From positions 1 through 32,753 of IMG/VR virus record IMGVR_UViG_3300038673_000457: a stretch of DNA of 32,753 bases; one strand, given 5' to 3'. This stretch comes from a virus (lineage: Duplodnaviria > Caudoviricetes). Both the position numbers and the translations under genes were made by a program. The notes beneath the pieces were generated by a model. The model ran no database searches. It was not told the DNA's origin and saw only the letters and a program-made list of their open reading frames with translations. Of this stretch, positions 16,750 through 26,424 are shown piece by piece (the stretch's first letter is position 1; every line of letters starts with the position of its first letter).

Positions 16750-18150
16750 ATGGCAAAACCGCTGAAACCGATAGCTGCCGTCCGGTTCGCCGGGATGAAC
16801 AACGTGAAAACGTCAGAGGGCTTTTTCATCGATGCCGAAAACGGCATTGTGGAACCCCGGATCATCCTGAATGCGGATGTGGACCTGCAGGGGCGGCTGG
16901 TGAAGAGGGCAGGGCGGACGCTTCGGATCACACTGCCCGGCGCTCACAGTCTCTGGGCCTGCAATTCGGCCATGATGTGCGTCGCCAATGGCCGTCTCTA
17001 CCGGATTGTCCAGGGCGCAGCGGTGAAGATCGGGAGCGTGGTTGTGGACGGTCCGGCGGCTCCCGTAAGCTACCTGGAAGTGGAAGGCCGGATCTACGCC
17101 TCCAATCCCTACTGGAAGGGGATTTTCAATCCTGCCGACAATACCCTTTCGGCCTGGGGCGTGACGCCTCCCCCGGGACCGATGATGTCGTCGACAACGG
17201 GCAGCCTTCCTGCCGGAACATATGCCGTTTGCTACACGAACCATGTGGGCGGGGAAATGTCCGGCAACGGTCCGATCAGCATGATCACCCTGGCGGCTGC
17301 CGGTGGGATTCAGCTCCATAACCGGCCTACGGGTGCGGTGGTCTGGATGACGGACGCCAACGAGAGCAGCTTCTTCCGGGCCGGGGAGGTGAATTTCATT
17401 ACCGAGCTTCCCCTTGCGGAGCCGCTTCCTTCCTTTCTCTGCGGGCCTCCTCCGTTCCTGGAGAACCTCGCCTATGCCTACGGACGGATCTGGGGATCGA
17501 GCGGGCCGACGGTCTATTACAGCGAGCCATTCCGGTTCGGCTGGTTCAAACTCACCTCGAACCGGTTCGATTTCGAGGATGATGTCACCCTGATTGCCCA
17601 GGTCGCCACGGGGATGTTCATCGGTCTCAAGCATAAGACCTTCTTTCTGGCCGGAACGGAGCCCTCCAAGATGGCGCAGATGGAAATCGGCGCAGGGGCG
17701 GTCAGGGGAACGCTGGCCTACTGCAACAACATGCCCTATCTGGCGGACATCATGGGCACGGAACAGAAGGTTATCAGCAATGTCCCTGTCTGGCTGTCGG
17801 AAGACGGATTCGTCGCCGGAAATACAGCGGGGCGTCTATTCAATCTCACCAAAAACAAGCTGAGAATGGGCACTCCGGATCACGGGGCTTCCCTGTATCG
17901 GGATGTGAACGGAGCGATTCAGATTTTGACAAGCTTCAAGCAAAGCGGATTCGGGTCTTCTGATGCCGAGACGGTGGCGGCGCTGGAGGCGGGGAAAGTG
18001 GTCCAGTCGGAAGCAACACGGAAGACCCAGGGGAGCCATGCAGGGTTTTCGGATGTGGCGATCTGCGGCTGGCATAAGGGCGTGGAAAGCGCCGGGGATT
18101 TTGCCGACAGCGTGGCAGTTCTTCAGACACGCGGCGGATCAGAAATTTAA
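16750..18150 (+). CDS. Putative tail nozzle/stabilisation protein (beta-propeller-like)
   Basis: N-terminal FAGMNN...NAD....G.L.KRAG and AYGRIWG....VYYSEP. Follows the adaptor gene. Confidence 0.6.
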   Translation: MAKPLKPIAAVRFAGMNNVKTSEGFFIDAENGIVEPRIILNADVDLQGRLVKRAGRTLRITLPGAHSLWACNSAMMCVANGRLYRIVQGAAVKIGSVVVDGPAAPVSYLEVEGRIYASNPYWKGIFNPADNTLSAWGVTPPPGPMMSSTTGSLPAGTYAVCYTNHVGGEMSGNGPISMITLAAAGGIQLHNRPTGAVVWMTDANESSFFRAGEVNFITELPLAEPLPSFLCGPPPFLENLAYAYGRIWGSSGPTVYYSEPFRFGWFKLTSNRFDFEDDVTLIAQVATGMFIGLKHKTFFLAGTEPSKMAQMEIGAGAVRGTLAYCNNMPYLADIMGTEQKVISNVPVWLSEDGFVAGNTAGRLFNLTKNKLRMGTPDHGASLYRDVNGAIQILTSFKQSGFGSSDAETVAALEAGKVVQSEATRKTQGSHAGFSDVAICGWHKGVESAGDFADSVAVLQTRGGSEI

Positions 18151-18165
18151 AAAAGGAGAGAAAGC

Positions 18166-18768
18166 ATGAATCAAATACCTGTAGATTTGAACGTTTTCAG
18201 GGATGACGCGGAACTGAAGTACATGGCCAGACACCGGCAGGAATCCGGTCTGCGCTTTATCGGCAATGTCCATGTGAAGCACACCAGGAAGGATAAGGTG
18301 CTCTGGGACGCCTGGGAGCCGGAGCACAACACGTTCACCACGGAAGGCATGGCCTATCTGCTGAACATCATCTTCGGCACAACCTCCAAGACCGGAGCGG
18401 CGATCTGGTACGTCGGGATCTTCAAGAACGATGTCACGCCTGCTGTCGGCGATACTGCGGCGACAAAGCTTGGAGCTGCGGGAACATACGGGGAATGCCA
18501 GGATTCGGATTACGATTCCCCGGCGACGAACAAGCCGGCATACACGATTGCCTCCACCTCGACGGCAACCTGCACGAATGCGGCAAGCAAGGCGACCTTT
18601 GTCATTGCAGCTTCCATCACTGTCTACGGCGCCTTCCTGGGAGACGCGGCGGCCAAGACGGCCACGTCGGGAAAGCTCATGTGCGCCAAGCGGTTTGCGT
18701 CCTCCAGGGCGGTTATCGCGGATGATGAGCTCGCGGTGACCTACGCCATAACCTGCACCACGAGTTAA
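18166..18768 (+). CDS. Virion structural protein, tail region
   Basis: AAGGAG SD. HNTFTTEG..YLL, WYVGIF, TVYGAFL and GKLMC..RF.SSR.V...DEL.VTY form a recurring phage structural pattern. Confidence 0.7.
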   Translation: MNQIPVDLNVFRDDAELKYMARHRQESGLRFIGNVHVKHTRKDKVLWDAWEPEHNTFTTEGMAYLLNIIFGTTSKTGAAIWYVGIFKNDVTPAVGDTAATKLGAAGTYGECQDSDYDSPATNKPAYTIASTSTATCTNAASKATFVIAASITVYGAFLGDAAAKTATSGKLMCAKRFASSRAVIADDELAVTYAITCTTS

Positions 18769-18778
18769 GGCGTTCCGG

Positions 18779-19783
18779 ATGCCCAGGATCAACTTCCCCA
18801 CCATCGGGGACATTCAAGATTACGAGTTCCTTCAGGGATCCATCAAGTCGATTGACCCGTCCACCGACACATGCACCGTGGAAGTGGACGGGTCTGTCAT
18901 GTCCGCCCTGCTGTTCTACCACTGACAGCCCGATTCGCCGTTGCGTGACAACGGAGCGATCGAGGGGGCGGCGGCGGGGTTTGCTGAAGAGGATTCGGTC
19001 ATCGTTCAGGTGAAGCACGATCGGAGCGTTGCGCGGGTGGTTGCCCATGTGGATGGGGTGAGGGCGTGCGGGTTCGTGTTCACATTGACGCGCGCGGATG
19101 GCGCGTTGGCCACGGATGCGTTGGGGGTGTGGATTGATGCTTGTAACTCATCCGGACAATCTGTTGACACATCAGCGAACCATCTCGGAAATGGCAAGTG
19201 GGCGGTGACGTTCGTTGATCCGGCTGACGGAAAGGACCAGGATGGCTACTGGTTCAGTTACGGCTGCACTCACGGCATAGGCACGCAATATCCACACCGA
19301 TTCAAATCGGCGGATAAGCTTCAGCCGGGGGATTTAATTAAGCCCGGGGAATATGCTGACACGATCCCATTTTTCAAGGTGACAGGCGAAGGCCTTGGTG
19401 AGTTTGACGATTTTTCGTCCCCCGTCCAGGCGACACTAAATGTGGAATGCTCGGAACCGTTCAGGGCTTATTTTAGCGTCAGTGGTTCTGTTGGTTATGA
19501 TTTCAGTGGGCCGCTTGGAGTCCTTGCTTTTGATGGAGAGGGTTGCGAGATTTCGGTTAGAACGAATGATGGTGGCATCAACGACACATGGATCAGTACC
19601 GGCTACCATCTGACAAGCGGCGCCGGCGCTGTTCATGGCGCCGGTAACGCGCAGGTGGCGTTAACACTTGAGTACTCTGGAGTCATGACAAAGGTATTCG
19701 GAGATCCACCAGAGACGTACACGTATCATTCTGTGAATGTGTATAACGGGTACATTTACGGTAGTGCGACGCATGAGATTTAG
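18779..19783 (+). CDS. Tail-region protein with in-frame TGA at codon 49 (candidate selenoprotein/readthrough, or pseudogene)
   Basis: ATG 18779 opens MPRINFPTIGDIQDYEFLQGSIKSIDPSTDTCTVEVDGSVMSALLFYH*QPDSPLRDNGAIEGAA, in frame with the 18941-19783 track ORF. 334 aa if read through. Confidence 0.75.
18926..18967 (+). promoter_or_regulatory. Candidate bacterial SECIS element
   Basis: Stem CCGTTG/CAACGG (18938-18943/18949-18954) with loop CGTGA starting 18 nt after the UGA and G at loop position 2. An imperfect lower stem is possible. Confidence 0.45.
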
Positions 19784-19819
19784 GTTGGCTAAATACTGGA
19801 ATTAGTAAGGTAAAAATAC

Positions 19820-22129
19820 ATGGGCTGGCTGACAGGCTGGACATATCGAAAGAGCGTTACAATCTCCCGCGCATCGGGGGCAGTCACCAACTACCAGATG
19901 AAACTGCTGGTTGGCGAGTCTTCCGGGGCTTCCGGCGAGGACGTGGATTGCGGCGGGCATTGCCTCGCATCTTTCAATGACCTGCGCTTCACGGCATCGG
20001 ACGGGGTCACTCTCCTGGATTATTGGATTGAGTCCATTTCAGGGACAACGCCAAACCAGCTTGCGACGGTGTGGATCGAGTTCGATTCCATCGGAACCTC
20101 TGCGACCACGTTCTACATGTATTACGGGAACAGTGGCGCGTCTTCTGTGAGCAGCGGGGCTGATACGTTCATCACGTTCGATGATTTTGAACGAGGTTCC
20201 GATGGAGACACGATAGGGGGGGCATGGACTGAGACTGTTCCGCATGTGCATATCTCGACGGAGCAGGATATAGGGGATTTGCCGGGATATACGGGCAGTC
20301 GAGCGGCGTTGCTCGTTGGTTCTTCGTCGGCATACCCGGATACGACAATTTCCCAGTTGGCAGCAGATGGGACGTATGCAATCCGCTGGAGGTGGTATAA
20401 GGAAGACGCATCAACGAACTTGCAACTGTCTCATGGCAATGGATCATATTTCATCAATCTCCGAACGGACAACACAGAGCAGATCCAGTATTTCGATGGG
20501 ACAGACTGGGTTGAAACGGGGTATTACATAGGAGGCGGCGCGTGGAATTTGCTGGGGATTTGTAATATCAATTTCACGGCGGGGACGTTCGATATCTACA
20601 GGAATGATTCGCTTATTAAATCAGGGGCTATAATGGCCTCGGGAACAGCCCGAGAAAATCTGATCTTAATGCGCGGCTCCAATGTGACCGGAGAAGATGG
20701 ATGGTTTGACAATTTTATAGTCAGCAATTGGAGGTCAACCGCACCTGCGTTCGGGAGCTGGGGCAGTGAGGAGGAAGCGTCTGGAGGTGCCTACGAAGAA
20801 ACCATAGGGGAATCCCTGGTTCTGGCCGATGAAATTCGTTATTTCGCTGAAACCATAGAAGACCTCCTTGGAATTGCAGACCGCTTTTCCCACGAATGGG
20901 CGACTATTGAAGAGCCAATTGATTTTGCCGATGCGTTCTATTCCATATGGGAGGATGAGCTTGAGGAAAGCCTCAGCTTTGCTGACGAGGGGACTCAGGG
21001 GCTTATATTCCCCAATGTTATAGAGGAAAATGCGGTCCTGGCGGATTCGGGCTCCTATACAAGCATATTCAGTTTGTCCCAGCTGGACACTATTTTCATC
21101 TACGACACCCCCTTGCCCTCCTGGGCTCAAAGCATAGCCGACTCTCTCGCGCTTGCGGATTCAGGGGCGACCCTTATGGGCGTTTCGATTTCCGACTGGC
21201 TCTGGCTGATCGACAACCACGTGAACAAATGGAAAGGCCAGCAGGTGGTTCCTGAAGAGAGATTGAGCCTCTATGATCTTCCCGGCGGTGCAAAGGTTGT
21301 CAACCGCTCCCTGGCAGAGACCATTGACCTTGCCGATTCCGTCTCGCTGCGGTTCCTGTTGAGACTTCTGGAATACATGCGCTTCACAGATCTGGCTTCC
21401 GCTGTCGGGAAGTTCAAGAAGGGCGCGGCGGACGCCTTTCTTCTTGCGGATGCGCCTTCGCGGGCTTTCGATAGGCTCGTGGAGGAAACATTGACCGCCA
21501 TCGATACCAGTGCGGCCCTGGCCGCCTTCCTGTCCGCACTGACTGATGATTCCCTGAAATTCTCCGACGCCTCCGCCAGCGGCAATTATGCAAGCAAGGC
21601 CGTCTCTGACGCGCTGTTTATCGGCGATGCCGCAGGCAGTGGGCTCCTTGCCTTCACCATTGTCCAGGAATCAATTTCCCTGAACGTTCTCGTGGAGATC
21701 GAAGGCGAACTCTACGAATGCTACGTCCTCAACACCCCGAAGTTCCTGCCTTCCGTCTATTCCGGATTTGACTTCAATTCCTATTGCACGTTTGAGGGCA
21801 AGACGTATGGGGCCAATGCGACCGGGATTTACGAGCTGGCCGGCGGCACGGACGCCGGGACGGTCATTCAGACGGGCGTCGTGATGCCCCAGACGACCTT
21901 CGGCATACCGGACAGCAAGAAACTCCGCAGGGCATGGCTTGGGATCACGGGGACATCCCCGGCGCTGGTCCTGGAAGTGGAAGACGGGACCCGGAAGGCA
22001 TACGCCATTGACAGTTATGGCGAAGTTGGGTCCGACCGGGAGATTTCAGGAAAGAAGTGGAAGCTCTCAATAGCCAACTTTGATGAACTGGATTTCATCA
22101 GGATTTTGCCGGTGGCCCTGGTGAGATAA
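19820..22129 (+). CDS. Tail fibre/spike-like protein: DUF2341 + ConA/LamG-like domain + acidic repeats
   Basis: W.YRK.VTI, DLRFT.SDG.T.LDYWIE, VW and YMYYGN form the DUF2341 signature. Lectin-like segment follows, then repeated E.I.E.L..AD units. Confidence 0.8.
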   Translation: MGWLTGWTYRKSVTISRASGAVTNYQMKLLVGESSGASGEDVDCGGHCLASFNDLRFTASDGVTLLDYWIESISGTTPNQLATVWIEFDSIGTSATTFYMYYGNSGASSVSSGADTFITFDDFERGSDGDTIGGAWTETVPHVHISTEQDIGDLPGYTGSRAALLVGSSSAYPDTTISQLAADGTYAIRWRWYKEDASTNLQLSHGNGSYFINLRTDNTEQIQYFDGTDWVETGYYIGGGAWNLLGICNINFTAGTFDIYRNDSLIKSGAIMASGTARENLILMRGSNVTGEDGWFDNFIVSNWRSTAPAFGSWGSEEEASGGAYEETIGESLVLADEIRYFAETIEDLLGIADRFSHEWATIEEPIDFADAFYSIWEDELEESLSFADEGTQGLIFPNVIEENAVLADSGSYTSIFSLSQLDTIFIYDTPLPSWAQSIADSLALADSGATLMGVSISDWLWLIDNHVNKWKGQQVVPEERLSLYDLPGGAKVVNRSLAETIDLADSVSLRFLLRLLEYMRFTDLASAVGKFKKGAADAFLLADAPSRAFDRLVEETLTAIDTSAALAAFLSALTDDSLKFSDASASGNYASKAVSDALFIGDAAGSGLLAFTIVQESISLNVLVEIEGELYECYVLNTPKFLPSVYSGFDFNSYCTFEGKTYGANATGIYELAGGTDAGTVIQTGVVMPQTTFGIPDSKKLRRAWLGITGTSPALVLEVEDGTRKAYAIDSYGEVGSDREISGKKWKLSIANFDELDFIRILPVALVR

Positions 22130-22177
22130 CTGAAAACGAAGAAGGGTTTCATGAAATCCTTCAAGGATTTCAGTTTT
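22128..22177 (+). repeat. Nested overlapping inverted repeats in the intergenic spacer
   Basis: TGAAATCCTT-C-AAGGATTTCA (22152-22172, perfect), GAAGGGTTTCA/TGAAATCCTTC, and AACTGAAA/TTTCAGTT. Confidence 0.8.
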
Positions 22178-22189
22178 GAGGAAAAGTAA

Positions 22190-23398
22190 ATGAGCGATCA
22201 GATACGGGAAGATTCTAAGTGGTTCCGCGAAAAAGGCGCCGTCATGCGGGAATATGTCAAGGGGCGCACGGCCGTGTTATCCGCCGTGGCCGGCAGGGGG
22301 TTCCTGCAGATGCCCGGGTTCCTCTATGACATCGAGAATGACCTGGAGACGGACGCCAAAAGGAAGCTCTCCGACATCAACTTCGCAATCCTGCAGGAGA
22401 CTATTGAGAGGGAACTGAAACAGGCCGGGCTCGCCTATGATCTGAGTTACCGGAATCTCCTCATGGCCTGGGAGCTTCGCAAGCAGGAACTCATGGATTC
22501 CTGGGAAGCGGAACTGGCCGGAATCAAGATGGACATGGCCGGAAAGGAAGCGGCCCTTTCGCGGCTGGAAATCGAGACGGCAAGCCGGGGCACGATCCTT
22601 CTGACGGCCAAGACCGAGATCGAAATGCAGGCGGAATCCCTGAGAAGCCGAATCGCTGCCCTGGCTGACGATACCGCGGATTATGAAGTCACCCTGGCCA
22701 ACCAGAAACTCCTGACGGCGCAAAAGAAGCTGGAGATCATCCCTATCCTGGAGCAGATCGTCATCAAGGAGCAGGAGCTTCTGGCCAGTGAACTCGGCAA
22801 GATTCCCGTTGAACAGGAGCTGCTAACGGTCGTTCAGGCAACCGCAGCCAAGAAGGAGGAACTGGTTCCGTATCTCGCCGAACTGACCACCCAAACGGAA
22901 GAGTACGGCAAGGAGCTGGACAAACAGACGGAAATCGAACTGGACATTGCCGGGCAGAGGATACTTGACGCGGGCATTTCCGTCCAGAAGGCGGGGATCC
23001 GCGTCGAGGAGGCCAATGCCAGGAAGTCCATCGAGGAGAAAAACCTGGAGCTTCTCCTGGCCCGGATCGACACGGAAAACGTCAGGCATGGCGCGGATGA
23101 GGACGTGATGGAAGCGCAGCTCGATTCTCAAATGACGCTCAATGCCGAAGAGAAATCCACCGACCGGGAAATCAATGATTCAGACAAGGCGACGAATGAG
23201 GCGGTCGTCGCCGGGAAAGAGGGGATCGTTGTTATCAATGAGGACACGCAGACGACGGCGGCCGATGACCGGGCGTGGATACGGATACACCAGATAGCTG
23301 AGGAGACGGATTATCGGGTGGAAGAGATTGAAACGATCGTGGATCTGGAAAAAAACACCAAAGTGACCGCAGCCCTGACCCATCTTCTCAGCATGTAG
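22190..23398 (+). CDS. Long coiled-coil protein, putative internal virion/ejection protein
   Basis: 402 aa, E/L/A/K-rich heptads, very little Pro or Cys. Confidence 0.75.
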   Translation: MSDQIREDSKWFREKGAVMREYVKGRTAVLSAVAGRGFLQMPGFLYDIENDLETDAKRKLSDINFAILQETIERELKQAGLAYDLSYRNLLMAWELRKQELMDSWEAELAGIKMDMAGKEAALSRLEIETASRGTILLTAKTEIEMQAESLRSRIAALADDTADYEVTLANQKLLTAQKKLEIIPILEQIVIKEQELLASELGKIPVEQELLTVVQATAAKKEELVPYLAELTTQTEEYGKELDKQTEIELDIAGQRILDAGISVQKAGIRVEEANARKSIEEKNLELLLARIDTENVRHGADEDVMEAQLDSQMTLNAEEKSTDREINDSDKATNEAVVAGKEGIVVINEDTQTTAADDRAWIRIHQIAEETDYRVEEIETIVDLEKNTKVTAALTHLLSM

Positions 23399-23409
23399 GA
23401 GCGTATTTC

Positions 23410-24573
23410 ATGACGACTCAGGCTTTTCAGAGAGCGCAGGCGAGGGAGCAGAAAATCTGGCCGGCCTTCATTTATTCGGCGGCGTTCAACGCAGAACAGA
23501 AAGCCGAGCGGGGTCTGGTTTATGGCCTTTATTCCGGGGCATACCGGAACATGCACAATTATCTGGCCGATATCGAGGCGACGAGCCTGGAGAATCTGCT
23601 GGATGAATACAACAGCAAGATCGCTGAACTGGATACGCAGGAGACGATAGTCCTGAATTCCATTGTCGCCAAGCGGTACCTTGCAGGAATCGATGTGCTG
23701 ATGAACGATCAGAAGCTGGCCGTCCGGGAACTGAAACGGCAGGCGGAGGAAGCCGAGTGGGACGCCAAGATGGAAGCCCTCGAAGCGGACCGGGCCGCGC
23801 TGGCCACCCTTCAGTTAAGGCTTTCCGCAGAGGAGAAAAGGACCGAAGCCAGGATTGCCGAGCTGCAATCGCAAATCGCTATCGAAGAAATGTCCCTCAG
23901 CCTCGTGGAGATCGAAAAGACCGAGAAGGAAATCCGGCTGGCGGAGATGGACCTGAAAATTATCAGAAGCGCCATCGAGATTGCGAAGATTCAGACAGCC
24001 ATTGTTCAGGAGGGTATGAACCTCATCGAAACGGAACTGCGGAAGCAGCGCCTGAAGGTGGATATCGCCCAGCTCAGGAACCAGATAGCCAGGACATCGA
24101 CAATGGAGGCCCAGCTTGATGTAGCCATCGCCAATGTAGCTGCGGCGCGGGCGGAGCTGGCCGCCATGGAAGCGGAGCTTGCCGCCATCGAATCCAGGGA
24201 GGCGATTATCGATGCGGAGATTGCCCACCAGGCAGACCTGATGGAGCACGCGACCACGATGGGAGATCTGCGGGAAAGCCTGCTTGCGCTTCAGACTGCA
24301 GGTCGGGTCAGGAAGCTGGAGGACCAGGTCACGAAGAACGGCATCGCCAATGCGAACCGGCTCGATATGTCCGGCATTGAAAGGGTGCACGCCTTATCAA
24401 ACCGGAGGATCAGCGAAGCTGATACGGATGCGGCGAAGAGAATCATGTACGCGCAGCTCAACGCGGCGCAGCGGATCATGGAAGCCAATATCGACGCGGC
24501 GGCCACACGGCAGGAGACCAATATCGTCACTCAACTGACCCATGCGATTTCGACAGGTGGGGTTAATGGATAA
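23410..24573 (+). CDS. Long coiled-coil protein, probable paralogue of the upstream gene
   Basis: 387 aa heptad-rich with AGGAG SD. C-terminus TNIVTQLTHAIS resembles TKVTAALTHLLS. Confidence 0.75.
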   Translation: MTTQAFQRAQAREQKIWPAFIYSAAFNAEQKAERGLVYGLYSGAYRNMHNYLADIEATSLENLLDEYNSKIAELDTQETIVLNSIVAKRYLAGIDVLMNDQKLAVRELKRQAEEAEWDAKMEALEADRAALATLQLRLSAEEKRTEARIAELQSQIAIEEMSLSLVEIEKTEKEIRLAEMDLKIIRSAIEIAKIQTAIVQEGMNLIETELRKQRLKVDIAQLRNQIARTSTMEAQLDVAIANVAAARAELAAMEAELAAIESREAIIDAEIAHQADLMEHATTMGDLRESLLALQTAGRVRKLEDQVTKNGIANANRLDMSGIERVHALSNRRISEADTDAAKRIMYAQLNAAQRIMEANIDAAATRQETNIVTQLTHAISTGGVNG

Positions 24574-25903
24574 CAGGCCGGCTCTGAACAATATGCTCAC
24601 AGCCCTGCACCAGAAAGGCGCGGCCGGAACGGGGAATCTGATCGGGCAGCTCTCCAGGATGGTCAAGGCCGACGATAAGAAAAACATCGTTTTGGAACCG
24701 GGAGATTTCGTCAAGTCCCGCTCCGGCACGGGGAAGCCCCTGGCGGTAAGCGCCCCCCTGGCCTATGACCTCTGGTATCTGCACAACCATGTCAACCTGC
24801 TCACCTGGGTGGACAAGTCTGAATCCATCGACCATTACGTTTCGGAACGGCTGAAATTCATTCAGGAGAAGCTGACCAGTGACGGGAACGTCATCTATCC
24901 CATGCTTGGACTGACGGACCCGAGCCAGCTTGTCCACATCGCCGGCTGGAACGAGTGGGCCAATCTGGCGGATTATTTCGTCCAGCTTCTGGCCTTCGAA
25001 ATCCGGATAAAGGGCCGCCCGATCCAGTGGGACACGAACCGGACGCGATATACGCAGGTTCACCGGGACGTTGATGTTGACGGTCTCACGATGAAGATGA
25101 AGGCCACCGTGAAAGAGGCCTTGCCCATCGGCAACGACTGGGTGGGATACCTGACATTCCCCATCGGGCAGATCGGCGTTATGGAGCAGATCGCATTTTT
25201 CCAGGAGAACTGGTGCGATGAGGAGGGGCATCCCCAATACCGGCCGGACGCCCAGGAAAAGGTTTTCAACCCCTGGCCGACGGAACTGTTCCCCCCGAAG
25301 GAGAGTGCGAAAACCCACTGCTATGGGGATTACCTGATTGAGGGCTATAAGCGTTCGGATGACCGGTATTACGGGCAGCAACTGGAAATCGATTGTGCGG
25401 GCATTCCTGCGGAAGCCTACGGCGGGAGGGACGTGAAGCCCAAGGGTTGGCTGCGGCTGTGGATCATGCGGGATGATGTGTTCCCAGTTCCGGGGGAATT
25501 CGTCGGAATCCTCTGCAAGCCATATCCTGTCCCGGTTCACTGCTGGTGGTTTCAGGAGAGCAATCCCTTTCTCTATGCGGGAAACTGGGTCGATACCGGA
25601 AACCTGAGTTCGGGGATCGTCAAGGAGATTACCCTGGAAAAGGACCGGACGGATGATGGTGCCGGGGATGAATACAAGATCCTCTATCACGGGATTGAGA
25701 TCACCGTCTATGCCAGCGACTTCCACCAGTATGAAGTCGGGGAGCGGGTGGCGGTCCTGAAGGTCAACAGCACGAAAACGAAAGCGGAAAGGGCGTTCAA
25801 TCATCTCGATCAGAAGCAGTATGGCGAGCCGTCCAGGGGGAGTGCCGTCACGGATTATCTGATTGTCCCGTTCATGTTCTACCGTGAGGAGGAAGAGCAG
25901 TGA
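24566..25903 (+). CDS. Hypothetical virion-region protein (445 aa)
   Basis: ATG overlaps the end of the upstream gene. C-terminal SGIVKEI...YKI.Y......ASDF..YEVGERVAVLK looks OB-fold-like. Confidence 0.75.
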   Translation: MDNRPALNNMLTALHQKGAAGTGNLIGQLSRMVKADDKKNIVLEPGDFVKSRSGTGKPLAVSAPLAYDLWYLHNHVNLLTWVDKSESIDHYVSERLKFIQEKLTSDGNVIYPMLGLTDPSQLVHIAGWNEWANLADYFVQLLAFEIRIKGRPIQWDTNRTRYTQVHRDVDVDGLTMKMKATVKEALPIGNDWVGYLTFPIGQIGVMEQIAFFQENWCDEEGHPQYRPDAQEKVFNPWPTELFPPKESAKTHCYGDYLIEGYKRSDDRYYGQQLEIDCAGIPAEAYGGRDVKPKGWLRLWIMRDDVFPVPGEFVGILCKPYPVPVHCWWFQESNPFLYAGNWVDTGNLSSGIVKEITLEKDRTDDGAGDEYKILYHGIEITVYASDFHQYEVGERVAVLKVNSTKTKAERAFNHLDQKQYGEPSRGSAVTDYLIVPFMFYREEEEQ

Positions 25904-26412
25904 ACAATGTCAGTTGGCTGATCAAGGGAGGCTATGCATACAGCATGAGGCGTTGCGCCCCACACGAAACAGATACGAATTATCCGGTTGGGTCCCATAT
26001 CTGGGTCGATACTGTTTCTGACGTTGCTTATGTTCTGGATCGTATTATCGAAGGACAAGCGGAGTGGGCTATCAGGCCTCCCGATGCCGTCCTGAATATG
26101 GCTGACAAGCAGATCAATGTCATTGGAGAAACCTATTCCCAGGACTTTCAGTACCAGGACAATCCCGATTCTCTGGGTGGTGTTGAAGTGGTTATCACCC
26201 AGGAAGGGGGAACCGGGAACCTGCCGATGGGGCAAAATACCGGAGACCTGATCCGTTACAATGCCGGGACGGGAGCATGGGAGTCATGCGCGGAGCCTGC
26301 GGAGTTTAAGCAGATCAACTTAATGCCCCGCGAATTCCCTATGGAGGATGCAGAAGGCGGCGTCTATTACAAATCAACCGATAAATCCGTGTATGTGTGC
26401 ACGGAAGATTAA
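25900..26412 (+). CDS. Putative tail fibre component
   Basis: GTGA overlap. Fibre-type segments Y.VGS.IWVDT, G.NTGDLIRYN..TG.W and GGVYYKSTDKSVYVCT. Confidence 0.7.
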   Translation: MNNVSWLIKGGYAYSMRRCAPHETDTNYPVGSHIWVDTVSDVAYVLDRIIEGQAEWAIRPPDAVLNMADKQINVIGETYSQDFQYQDNPDSLGGVEVVITQEGGTGNLPMGQNTGDLIRYNAGTGAWESCAEPAEFKQINLMPREFPMEDAEGGVYYKSTDKSVYVCTED

Positions 26413-26424
26413 AGGAGAAACGTT

